Origin: Scyliorhinus canicula
Taxonomy: Eukaryota
Reading direction: 5' to 3'
NCBI RefSeq assembly: GCF_902713615.1
Contig: NC_052174.1
Span: 11,154,514-11,218,513, forward strand
Length of the DNA stretch: 64,000 nt
In this document: in pieces, positions 24,598-35,203 of the stretch
Position numbering within the stretch: the stretch's first letter is position 1
Layout: each line of letters begins with the position of its first letter
Program-made: the position numbers and the translations under genes
The notes under the pieces: model-generated
What the model saw: the letters and a program-made list of their open reading frames with translations, nothing else
Told to the model about the DNA's origin: nothing
The model's database searches: none

Positions 24598-26325
24598 TCA
24601 ATCCTTGTGGTTTGACTTATTAAGAAGTGAAATGAAATGAAAATCGCTTATTGGCACGAGTAGGCTTCAAGTTACTGTGAAATGCCCCTAGTCGCCACAT
24701 TCCGGCACCTGTTCGAGGAGGCTGTTACGGGAATCGATCCGTGCTGCTGGCCTGCTTCGGTCTGCTTTCAAAGCCAGCAATTTAGCCCAGTTGTGCCGCA
24801 CAGAGACACCTGAGGGCTCCAACACTTCTCACTGCCAATGACGGTCCATGTTGTTCAATAATTCCGCTTTGTCGCTCGGCACTCATTTGATCTTTCGATC
24901 CCATGAAATTGTGGATAAAATAAATATGATTACACACTTTGCGCAAAATAATTATATTGAATAATATCATACACCCAAGGAAGAAAAATTCTTTTGATTC
25001 TTCGACAGAATGGGAAAGATCTTAAGCAGCTTATCTTAATGGCAAGCATTCAGCTTTTCCCCAAATACGAATGAACTGTCACCGGGCATCGATGGTGCAA
25101 TGCGGAGAACATGTTACTGAGGATGAGGCAGTCACTGAAATCAGTGTCATGGTCTGCACGGTGCTCTGAATAACTAATGCCATATTGCCCTGTCGGGTTA
25201 ACAATATTTCACAATGCCGTTACAATAACATTGGCACTCTGCCAAGGCGGGATACCCAGACGGGCCAGTTCCAACTAACACGGCATTTGTATCGTTGCCG
25301 CTCTAAGCATTAATGACCTACGCGGTGTATGTTCCTCACGGCAATGGCAGCCAGGTGCTGTCGGTGGGCCTGATCGTTTTCGGAGATGAATTGTTTTGTA
25401 AATGTGACAATCTCATTGCAGCCACTCGCCCGGCACCAAGTGATTGTTCTGGTGACTAATTGTCCTGAAGAATCTCACTGAGCCTCTGCTTTAACACCAG
25501 CTGCAGTCCCTCTTCCTGCTGTAGCTGGTGTCAAGGCAGATGGCCAACATTGGGATTGTTTGGTGAATCGGCTGGTGAATATGGAAATGGGAAGGGATCA
25601 TGAATGATTGAAGGGGGCGGGGTGGCGCTGTGGAATAAGGGGTCCTCACACAGGAGAAGTACCTGATCCTGGGCCTGGACTTTATGTAACAGCAAACAGG
25701 CTACTTAAAAAAAGAAATTCTAATTAGGGGGCATTTTTAGTGTGGCCAATCCACCTACCCTGCACATCTTTGGGTTGTGGGGGTGAGACCCACGCAGACA
25801 CGGGGAGAATGTGCAAACTCCACACGGACAGTGACCCAGGGCCGGGATGGAACCCGGGTCCTTGGCGCCGTGAGGCCGCAGTGCTAACCACTGTGCCACC
25901 GTGCTGCCCAGCAAACAGGCTATTCGACCACAGAAGTGTGCAGCAAATAGAGTTTATTCACTGAGTGAACGGGGCCTGACTTTACATTCTTTCTCAGAAT
26001 GTGGGCATCACCGGCTGGGCCTGCATTGCCCATCCCTATGACGATGGTGGTGAGTTGCCCTCTTGCACCGCTGCAGTCCATGTGTTGTAGGTACACCCTC
26101 AGTGCTGTTAGGGAGTGAGTTCCAGAATGTTGACCAAGTCTGTGTAAATTCTGTGCTGGAGCAAACAGTCTACAGTGTCTACTTCAAAGGGCGAAGGCAG
26201 CTGCTGGGTGAGGAAAGTCTGGCCTGTTGGGGATGTGGATCCGCTGTCAGATAATGTGCGTTCCTGTGGTTTTGTCGAGCCCAGTTCACCAGGAGATACA
26301 ACTGTTTACATCAGTCACGGTAACT

Positions 26326-26384
26326 TCACTTTGATCCACTTGTCTCCCTTTGGGTCTCTTCCCTGACCCTTTGATCGGGAGAAT
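26326..26384 (-). CDS. PILR-like receptor, exon 4 (short cytoplasmic tail DSPDQRVREETQRETSGSK*)
   Basis: Pyrimidine-rich acceptor ...tttgtatcctcaatttcag| in phase 1, stop at 26326-26328, AATAAA about 370 nt downstream (25953-25958, minus). Confidence 0.65.
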
Positions 26385-28158
26385 CTGAAATTGAGGATAC
26401 AAAATTAAAGGAGGGAAAATCCCAAGTCAACCGAACTGGGCGGCAACCAGGAATTCCAATATTTCACAAGGATGGACACTGAATTGTTACAATTTTGACT
26501 CGTGTACTGTGAGCATCGCTGGCTTGGCCAATATTTATTGCCCATCCCATATTGAGCTTCGAAAGGTGCATGACCAGCCTTTCTGAGCCACTGCAATGCA
26601 TGTGGAGTAGGTACTCCCACTGTGCTGTTAGGGAGGGAGTTCCAGCATTTTGACCCAGCGACAGTGAAGGAACGGCCGATATGTTTCCCAGTCGGGGGGG
26701 GGGGGGGGGGGGAGTGACTCGGAGGGGAACACGCAGGGGGTGGGGTTCCCACACGCCTGCAGCACTTATCTTGGCTGATAGTCGAACACTCTCGTCTCGA
26801 AACTTCTTTCGAAGTAGCCTTGGTGAGTTGCTGCGGGGCATCTTGTAGACGGTACACACGGCTGCCGCTGTGCGTCGGTGGGGGAGGGAGTGAATGTTTG
26901 TGGATGGGGAGCCAATCAAGCGGGGCTGCTTTGTCCTGGATGGTGTGGAGCTTCTCGAGTGTTGTTGGAGCTGCGCTCATCCAGGGAAGTGGAGAGTATT
27001 CCATCACACTCCTTTTTTTATTAACTTTACAGCATCCAATTATTTTTTCCCAATCCAGGGGCAATTCAGCGTGGCCAAATCACCTATCCTGCGCATCTTT
27101 TGGGTCGTGGGGGCGAAAACCCACGAAAACACGGGGCGAATGTGCAAACTCCACACGGACAGAGACCCGGAGCCGGGATCGAACCTGGGACCTTGGTGCC
27201 GTGAGGCAACAGGGCTAACCACTGTGCCACCGTGCTGCCCTTCCCATCACACTCCTGACTTGTGGCTTGTAGATGGTGGACAGGCTTTGGGTAGGGGGGT
27301 TGGGGGGGGGGGGGGGGGGGGTCAGGAGATGAGTTACTCTCCGCAGGATTCCCGGCCTCTGACCTGCCCTGGGAGCCACATTGTTACTGTGACTGGTTCA
27401 GATTAGATTCGGGTCAATGGTAACACCCAGGGTATTAGTAGCTGGGGGAGGGGAGGGGGGGCGAGGGGGGGGGGCGGATTTAGCCGTGGACAGGCTGTTG
27501 AATGTTAAGAGAAGATGGTTAGTCTCGGGTTTATTAGAGGTGGTGATTGCTGACACTTGTGCGGAACATTATTTGCCACTTGCCCGCCCAGGCCTGAATG
27601 CCCTCCAGGTTGTGCAGCCAGCCGGTGGCTTCGCCATCAGGATCCGAGGTGCTGACCATTGTGCGGCCATCGGCGACCAATCCCCACGCCTGACCTCACG
27701 TTGGAGAGAAGGTCACAGCTGAAGCAGCTGGAGGTGAATTAACCACGGCCCCTACCCTGAGGGCCTCCTGCACAGAGGGGCTGGGAGCGGGAGTCACAAG
27801 CCCCTTCCTGTGGGCCGGGTCTGACACCGACCCGTGGGGAGATTCCCCCCCCCCCCCCCCCCGCCGGCCCCGATTCCCATTGACCCAACCTTCCCGGGGT
27901 CTCCTTGATGTCACACTCGGCCAAATGCTGCCTTGATGTCAAGGCCGGTGACGCGCCCTCACCTCTGGAGTTCAGCTCTTCTGTCCGTGTTTGAACCGAG
28001 GTTGTAATGACATCCGGGAGGTTGTCATACGGAGACTCTGATTGGACACTGCGAGGGGCCTGGGTTTGACCCCGGGGACCCTGACTCGCCTTTTTAAACA
28101 AAACGTTGGTTTATGGATAGAACAGGAAAGGTGGAGGAAGTCAGAGATGGCCGATTAC

Positions 28159-28350
28159 CGGGATCTTGCTGCCTCTTCATCAGATAGATGGCAATCAGCC
28201 AGCCGATGGCCAGTATTGCGAGAGCGAGCGAGGACCGGATGATGAGGATCACTCCCGGCTGCAGTTTGTCTCCACGTGCCTCCCTGTCCCGCGATGATGC
28301 TGCCGTCGCTGAGGAGATTAACGGGGCCGTTGTGGGTGGCGGTCTCGGCC
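28159..28350 (-). CDS. PILR-like receptor, exon 3 (Pro/Thr/Ser stalk plus transmembrane helix)
   Basis: Within ORF 28094-28423: PRPPPTTAPLISSAT...GVILIIRSSLALAILAIGWLIAIYLMKRQQDP. Acceptor tgtttcacag| and donor G|GTAATC; 192 bp, phase 1-1. Confidence 0.85.
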
Positions 28351-28504
28351 CTGTGAAACACAGGAATCCACGGCAATGATGTGGGAACAGAAACACGGAA
28401 CAAAACCGGGAGCGGAGCGACAAACACGGGAAATGGACTCAGGGTGGGGGTGGGGGGACAGCCATTCCCCAAAGACCACCCTGCAGGTTGGCAGTGCCGG
28501 ACGG

Positions 28505-29895
28505 CTGTGCAAAGGGACAGTGTCAGAGTGGGGGGGGGGGAGTGTCAGTGTGGGGGGGGAGTGTCAGTGTGGGGGGGAGTGTCAGTGTGGGGGGGGGGGT
28601 AGTGTCAGGGTGTGGGGGGAGTGTCAGTGTGGAGGGGGAGTGTCAGTGGGGGGGAGTGTCAGTGTGGGGGGGGAGTGTCAGTGTGGGGGGGGAGTGTCAG
28701 TGTGGGGGGGGAGTGTCAGTGTGGGGGGAGTGTCAGTGTGGGGGGAGTGTCAGTGTGGGGGGGAGTGTCAGTGTGGGGGGAGTGTCAGTGTGGGGGGGAG
28801 TGTCAGTGTGGGGGGAGTGTCAGTGTGGGGGGGGAGTGTCAGTGTGGGGGGGGAGTGTCAGTGTGGGGGGGAGTGTCAGTGTGGGGGGGAGTGTCAGTGT
28901 GGGGGGAGTGTCAGTGTGGGGGGGAGTGTGGGGGGGAGTGTCAGTGTGGGGGGGAGTGTCAGTGGGGGGGAGTGTCAGTGTGGGGGGTAGTGTCAGTGTG
29001 GGGGGAGTGTCAGTGTGGGGGGGGAGAGTGTCAGTGTGGGGGGAGTGTCAGTGTGGGGGGGAGTGTCAGTGTGGGGGGGAGTGTCAGTGTGGGGGGAGTG
29101 TCAGTGTGGGGGGAGTGTCAGTGTGGGGGGGAGTGTCAGTGTGGGGGGAGTGTCAGTGTGGGGGGGAGTGTCAGTGTGTGGGGGAGTGTCAGTGTGGGGG
29201 GGAGTGTCAGTGTGGGGGGGGAGTGTCAGTGTGGGGGGAGTGTCAGTGTGGGGGGAGTGTCAGTGTGGGGGGAGTGTCAGTGTGGGGGGGAGTGTCAGTG
29301 TGGAGGGGAGTGTCAGTGTGGGGGGGAGTGTCAGTGTGGGGGGGAGTGTCAGTGTGGGGGGGTAGTGTCAGTGTGGGGGGGGAGTGTCAGTGTGGGGGGG
29401 GAGTGTCAGTGTGGAGGGAGTGTCAGTGTGGGGGGGGGAGTGTCAGTGTGGGTGGGGAGTGTCAGTGTGGGGGGGAGTGTCAGTGTGGGGGGGGAGTGTC
29501 AGTGTGGAGGGGAGTGTCAGTGTGGGGGGGGAGTGTCAGTGTGGGGGGAGTGTCAGTGTGGGGGGGTAGTGTCAGTGTGGGGGGGAGTGTCAGTGTGGGG
29601 GGGGAGTGTCAGTGTGGGGGGGAGTGTCAGTGTGGGGGGGGGAGTGTCAGTGTGGGTGGGGAGTGTCAGTGTGGGGGGGAGTGTCAGTGTGGGGGGGAGT
29701 GTCAGTGTGGAGGGAGTGTCAGTGTGGGGGGGAGTGTCAGTGTGGGGGGGTGTGTCAGTGTGGGGGGGGAGTGTCAGTGTGGAGGGGGGAGTGTCAGTGT
29801 GGGTGGGGAGTGTCAGTGTGGGGGGGAGTGTCAGTGTGGGGGGGGAGTGTCAGTGTGGGGGGGAGTGTCAGTGTGGGGAGTGTCAGTGTGGGGAG
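28505..29895 (+). repeat. ~17-19-bp minisatellite (G)n-agtgtcagtgt in intron 2 of the PILR-like gene
   Basis: Dozens of tandem copies with a variable G-run. Confidence 0.95.
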
Positions 29896-30104
29896 ACCCT
29901 GGGGAGTACGGGAGGAATCAGAGGGGTTTGGAGATATCGATGCGCTGCAGTGTGGGGGAGATTACTGAGAAAGGGAGGGTTGGATTTGAGGACATTTGAA
30001 ATAAATTCTTTTAAAAATGAGGCATTGCTGAACTCGAATGTGAGAGCTGGAAAAATGGAGAGTCCAATAGAGAGAGAAATGCAGAGATTGAGAGGAGCGT
30101 TTAC

Positions 30105-30473
30105 CGTGTACATTGAGCTGTGTCCCGTAGATGCTTTGCCACATCTCGGCTCCATATCCTGTTATCTCCACACGACAGAAATACAGATTCTGATCACTTT
30201 GTTTCAGATGATTTATCCGGATGGTTCCGGTTCTATCTCTATATGGATGTCCCAGGTATTCAATCCGGCCTCGGTAATCAGGGTGAGTGTAACCCTTTGA
30301 AACGTTAAATATAAATTCTCCGTGAAATCCACGTCTTCTCCAGGAAATGTAAATCTTTGCTGGATTGTATCGTTCTGGGTAAGTGAATGAACAGGGGATA
30401 TCGACCGAACTCCCTTCCACAGCCACCAGGAGGCGAGGCTGAGTCACTCTGAAACCATTCCCATTTCCCATCA
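30105..30473 (-). CDS. PILR-like receptor, exon 2 (V-set Ig domain)
   Basis: Within ORF 29962-30492. IPC...ISW...D-x-x-x-YFC V-set motifs; SWRRRGFHG, HPDY, YFCRVE and WQSIYGT match recalled PILR motifs. Acceptor ccctcag| and donor G|GTAAAC; 369 bp, phase 1-1. Confidence 0.92.
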
Positions 30474-30588
30474 CTGAGGGAGAGGGAAACACAAAATAGT
30501 CAATTAGGAAAAAGAGTCAAACTTATCCAATAATAAACCAGCCCCAGAATGCTCACAGAGAAATACAGAAATAACCCCCAAACTGACT

Positions 30589-31550
30589 CGATTAGATTCC
30601 AGTCTGTAACTCACTCCCGGGTATCTGTTATTCTATATATAAACCACCCCGAACCCCTCGATTAGATTCCAGTCTGTAACTCACTCCCGGGTATCTGTTA
30701 TTCTATATATAAACCACCCCTAACCCCTCGATTAGATTCCAGTCTGTAACTCAGTCCCGGGTATCTGTTATTCTATGTATAAACCACCCCGAACCCCTCG
30801 ATTAGATTCCTGTCTGTAACTCACTCCCGGGTATCTGTTATTCTATATATAAACCACCCCTAACCCCTCGATTTGATTCCAAGCCGTAACTCAGTCCCGG
30901 GTATCTGTTATTCTATGTATAAACCACCCCGAACCCCTCGATTAGATTCCTGTCTGTAACTTACTCACGGGTATCTGTTATTCTATATATAAACCACCCC
31001 TGAACCCCTCGATTAGATTCCAGTCTGTAACTCACTCCCGGGTATCCGTTATTCTGTATAAACCACCCCGAACCCCTTGATTAGATTCCTGTCTGTAACT
31101 TACTCACGGGTATCTGTTATTCTATATATAAACCACCCCAACACCTCGATTAGATTCCAGTCTGTAACGCACTCCCAGGTATCTGTTATTCTATATATAA
31201 ACCACCCTGAACCCCTCGATTAGATTCCAGTCTGTAACTCACTCCCGCGTATCTGTTATTCTATATATAAACCATCCCGAACCCCTCGATTAGATTCCAG
31301 TCTGTAACTCACTGCCGGGTATCTGTTATTCTACATATAAACCACCCTGAACCCCTCGATTAGATTCCAGTCTGTGACTCACTCCCGGGTATCTGTTATT
31401 CTATATATAAACCACCCCAAACACCTCGATTAGATTCCAGTCTGTAACTCACTCCCGGCTATCTGTTATTCTATATATAAACCACCCCGAACCCCTCTAT
31501 TAGATTCCAGTCTGTAACTCACCCCCGGCTATCTGTTATTCGATATATGA
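30589..31550 (+). repeat. 70-bp minisatellite, ~14 copies, in intron 1 of the PILR-like gene
   Basis: Unit cgattagattccagtctgtaactcactcccgggtatctgttattctatatataaaccaccccgaacccct; period checked at 30589/30659. Confidence 0.95.
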
Positions 31551-31554
31551 ACCC

Positions 31555-32226
31555 TGGTATGTCCAGGGTTTAAACCTCCAAAGTGTATTATGGAGTTTAC
31601 CTGACCTATAACGTTTTATGTTGAACTTTGCTAAGATGAGCACACGAGCCTACCCTTTAGCTGTTATTGAACAGTCTTGAACTTTTATCAAAATAAGTTT
31701 TACTTGCAGAACTGAGATAATTTTGATATAAACACACTGCAAGATTTTTGAAAATCAATTACAGACATAAAGACGCCCCACAGCGACAGTAATCTGTATA
31801 TAACACTTAATGAGTTCCCCATTAACTGTTCCAATTCAAAAAAGAAAATTCCATGAACCAAAGACCCCTTTTCACATGCGTGGCCCACTACTCTACACTC
31901 TCACTTGAATAAGACGGGCTTTTCCTGAGATTCTGACCCCGTCTCACCAGTAGGTTTAAACCCTTCCAGAAAGCAAACTGTATCTCTTAAGTTATCAAAA
32001 CAACAGGTAGCTCTAATGAATGGGTTTTTACTGGAACAGATATTTGAAATGAAAATAAAAAGACAGGAACAAAACAATTCTTTACTCCCTCAGTCCACAG
32101 CAGTCAAATCTGAAAGCGAAAGCAAAAACAGGTCACAGAGCCACAGCCCGGCTCCACCCACACAATGACATCACTGATGCTAAATGATATGAGGAGAACC
32201 TTTCTTAAAGGGACATTCCCTTGGCA
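31555..32226 (-). mobile_element. Solo LTR in intron 1 of the PILR-like gene (same orientation as the gene)
   Basis: TG...CA ends, ccctttaagaaa 5' motif similar to the LTR at 60173, near-matching 4-bp flanks accc/atcc. Confidence 0.65.
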
Positions 32227-33373
32227 ATCCCTCGAGTAGATTTCAATTTGTAGCTCAATCCCGGGTCAACAATTTGCTCCCTGCTCACCCTGTCTGTGTC
32301 AGTAAATCCCATCCCCACCCCCACATTCTTCACCATCACAGATACCACACCAGGTCACGGCAGTGTTAAACTGACCATTCCCACAACCCCCACATGACTG
32401 GAATGAAGATCTCTCGACACCGTCTCAATTTCTGTCTTTGACTTTGAAAATCCGCAGCTCAGTGAATCCCGCCAATGATTTCCTCAACATTCCCCGTCCA
32501 TCCCTCCTTATTCACTTTCCACCCTCCACACTCCTCAAATGATTCCCCCCAAATCTACCGCCCCGTGACCTGTCCCACTCCCAGACCGGCTCATCCTCTA
32601 TCCCCCCCACCCCTCGTGCTCGCTGACCTACACTGGCTCTCACTCCACCAACACCTGTTTGAAACTTTCATCCGGATCGTTAAGCTGCCCATTCCATCCA
32701 TCATACCCTCCCCTCCCTTTCTCTCTATCAGCTCCAACCCTACAGCCCTCCGAGATCTCGGCGTTCCTGATGATGCACTCTCCAAGGCATCTTTCACTGC
32801 CTTTTCTCCAACGCGTCTAAAACTCTCGCACCCCCCCTCCACCTCTCTGTAACGTCTCAGAAATCTCCAAGTTCTCCTCCAGCTCTGGTCTCTTGTGTAA
32901 CCCTCCCATCCAACATTAGGGGCTGTACCTTCAGCTCCCTCAGCCCTAAGCTTTGTCGATCATTCCCTCATCCTCATCACCTCTCCCTCTCTATCTCTCC
33001 TCCTCAATATCCACGTCAACACAAATCTCTTTCACCACTTGTTGACTTACTCAACCTCTTATCTGATTAGGCTTCCTCCCCCTTTTATGAAGATGGATCT
33101 GTGAGCTCCTTGGGAAGATTTCCTTTGTTAGAGTTGCGTTTGCTGCTGCTGATGTGGTCGTCCCATATCTAATCTTCAACCTGGGTGTGCATCACATCGG
33201 TGCCACTTTGATCGAACTTCGATAAGGTGAAAAGCCAGGAGCAGTTTTGGGATGTTCCTCAGGATTCAGTGTCCTGTGGAGGGGCTGGTGGGTGACGGGT
33301 TGGAGGGGGAAGGTTGTGGGATGTGGCCTGGGGACAGGGCAGGAAATTGGAAAATAAGACAGGGTTTACTCAC

Positions 33374-33416
33374 CGATAGAGAGGTACAGAAGGATCAGGC
33401 GGAGGGCAGAGTCCAT
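33374..33416 (-). CDS. PILR-like receptor, exon 1 (signal peptide MDSALRLILLYLSI)
   Basis: ATG at 33416 in context ACAATGG, 14 hydrophobic codons plus 1 nt, then a consensus donor G|GTGAGT. Phase 1 matches the V exon acceptor. Too short for the ORF track. Confidence 0.85.
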
Positions 33417-33523
33417 TGTTGCTCCTCTCCTCACTCTGTGAGGATAGTGATAAACACCGAGAGGTTCTGCTTTTCTCTTTCCTGTTTCTCAACTTTTGCA
33501 TCTGCCCCCGCTAAGGAAACCTT

Positions 33524-33745
33524 CTCTTCACATCAACCCCCTCTCCATTTCTCAGATCTGACCTCCGAACTTCCTCCCAAGGAACAGCTAACCACCGAAC
33601 GCACAAAAGGCAAATTAACGTTGAAAGATGTTGAAATCTTCGGCGTAAATGAGTGACGTCCATCACTACGTTGGCCGAGAGTTTACACGGAATTGGCGTG
33701 ACTAATGTGGGGCGCAGAGGTGAATTGACCTGAACTGGAGCGTAA
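33524..33745 (-). promoter_or_regulatory. Proximal promoter/5' region of the PILR-like gene
   Basis: About 105-330 bp upstream of ATG 33416. ETS/PU.1-like AGGAAGT (33569-33575) and CRE-like TGACGTC (33654-33660), both kept in the second copy at 39887-40110. Confidence 0.5.
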
Positions 33746-34014
33746 GTTTGAGGAATGTCCGGCATAAAACGTGTGGGGAAGACAGTGAGGAACTCCAAGA
33801 GGACAGAGGCAGACTGGAGGAATGGGCGGGCAAGTGGCAGCAGCAGTTCAATGATGAGAATTATACATTTTGGTCAGAAGAATAAGGAGGGACAATAGGG
33901 AATAAAGGGCACACAGGGTGTGGGGCAATGGGCCCTGTGGATTTATATAGACTAATTTTTGAGAGTAGGAGAGTATTGGCGTCAATGAGGAGCTCCGGAA
34001 AAAGTGAGTCACAA

Positions 34015-34500
34015 GTGGTTTATTTCCTCCCACCTCGGCCCCGTTGATACAGACAGGCATGTGTACAGTCCTTTACTTCCTGAAGTCAATGACCAGCTCG
34101 TCGTTATTCGAGACCCGGCCCACTACGGTCGTGTCGTTAGCAAATTTGGAGATGGAGTTGGAACCAGATTTTGCCATGCAGTCGTGTGTGTACAGGGAGT
34201 AGAGTAGGGGGCTAACTACGCAGCCTTGCGGGCCCCCCGGTATTGAGGACTATTGTGGAGGAGGAGTTGTTGTTTGTTCTTACTGATTGTGGTCTGTGGG
34301 TCAGAAAGTCGAGGGCCCACTTGCGGAGGGAGGAGCCAAGTCCTAGGTTTTGGAGTTTGGCTGGGATTATGGTGTTGAAGGCGGAGCTGTAGTCAATCAA
34401 TAGGAGTCTGATGTAGGAGTCCTTGTTGTCGAGATGCTCCAGGGATGAGTGTTGGCCAGGGAGATGGCATCAGCTGTGGACCGATTGCGGCAGAATGTGA
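34015..34500 (-). mobile_element. Rex1/Babar-type LINE RT fragment
   Basis: [12 protein letters not shown]...LGL...W[13 protein letters not shown]...LNTG (ORF 34212-34400). Confidence 0.8.
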
Positions 34501-35203
34501 ATTACAGTGGAACGTTGAGCGTTAAACTGGGTTTGGCTCCAATTGGAGTATTGTGTCCTGAGCTGGGAGTCCGACTTTAGGGAGGATGTGAAGGCTTCAG
34601 AGAGTCAGAGAGAGAGATCCGCGGTCCCCTCCTGTCGCCACATGGGACAGACGCCCCACCCCCCCACCCCCCCCCCCCCCCCCCCCCCCCCCCGGCAGCA
34701 CCAGATTCCTCTGTCATGATAAACTCAGCCTTTGCCTGTCCATTCGGCTTCGATTGGCCAGATTTAAGGGAGCGTCCGCTGGTGAGTTTATCTGGTGGTG
34801 GTGGGGGAGGGGTGGGGCCCATGTGGCGACAGGAGGGGTCCGCAGAGGACTGGGACCCGTGTCGGGTGTCGGGTCGGTGGTTGTTGGCGGGAGCTACGTT
34901 TTTAACGTATCTTCGCACCCATGCTGATTTTCCTGTTTTTTGGGAATGGGGACGGTGGGAGGGGGGAGGAGTGGGGAGAGGTTTGGAGTGGTGATGTTTG
35001 TGTTGATCAATGTTGCTTTGTTAAGTCATACCTTTCTGTCAGATAATAAATCCTGGGCCGTCACATTACCCGAGAACAGAATCATCGAGGAACTACAGTA
35101 CAGAAGGCCGTTTGGCCCATCGAGTCTACCCTCTGAGAGAGCTCCCCATCTAGGCTAATGCCCCCCAACCTATCCCTGTAAACCAGTAACCCCACCTAAC
35201 CCT

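Larger units (their letters stand above)
22480..27866 (-). repeat. Right arm of a large inverted duplication
   Basis: Matches 14265-19150. Carries arm-specific insertions (MITE 23929-24597, SINE ~24620-24790). Confidence 0.92.

Noticed and set aside
30060-30105. Possible recombination signal sequence after the PILR-like V exon (CACGGTA)
   Set aside because: No nonamer at 12 or 23 bp, and the exon already encodes its own G strand and ends at a phase-1 donor. Neither V exon is a rearranging Ig/TCR segment.
28376-30300. Long GGECQC/GGSVSV ORFs that look like Cys-rich or keratin-associated proteins
   Set aside because: A 17-19-bp minisatellite lacking stops in several frames. It lies in an intron of the opposite-strand receptor gene.
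33511-33798. ORF shared with 39887-40110 (VTPIPCKL...HLRRRFQHLSTLICL)
   Set aside because: Better explained as promoter/5' UTR of the leader exon 100 bp downstream; it has no domain signature and no donor.
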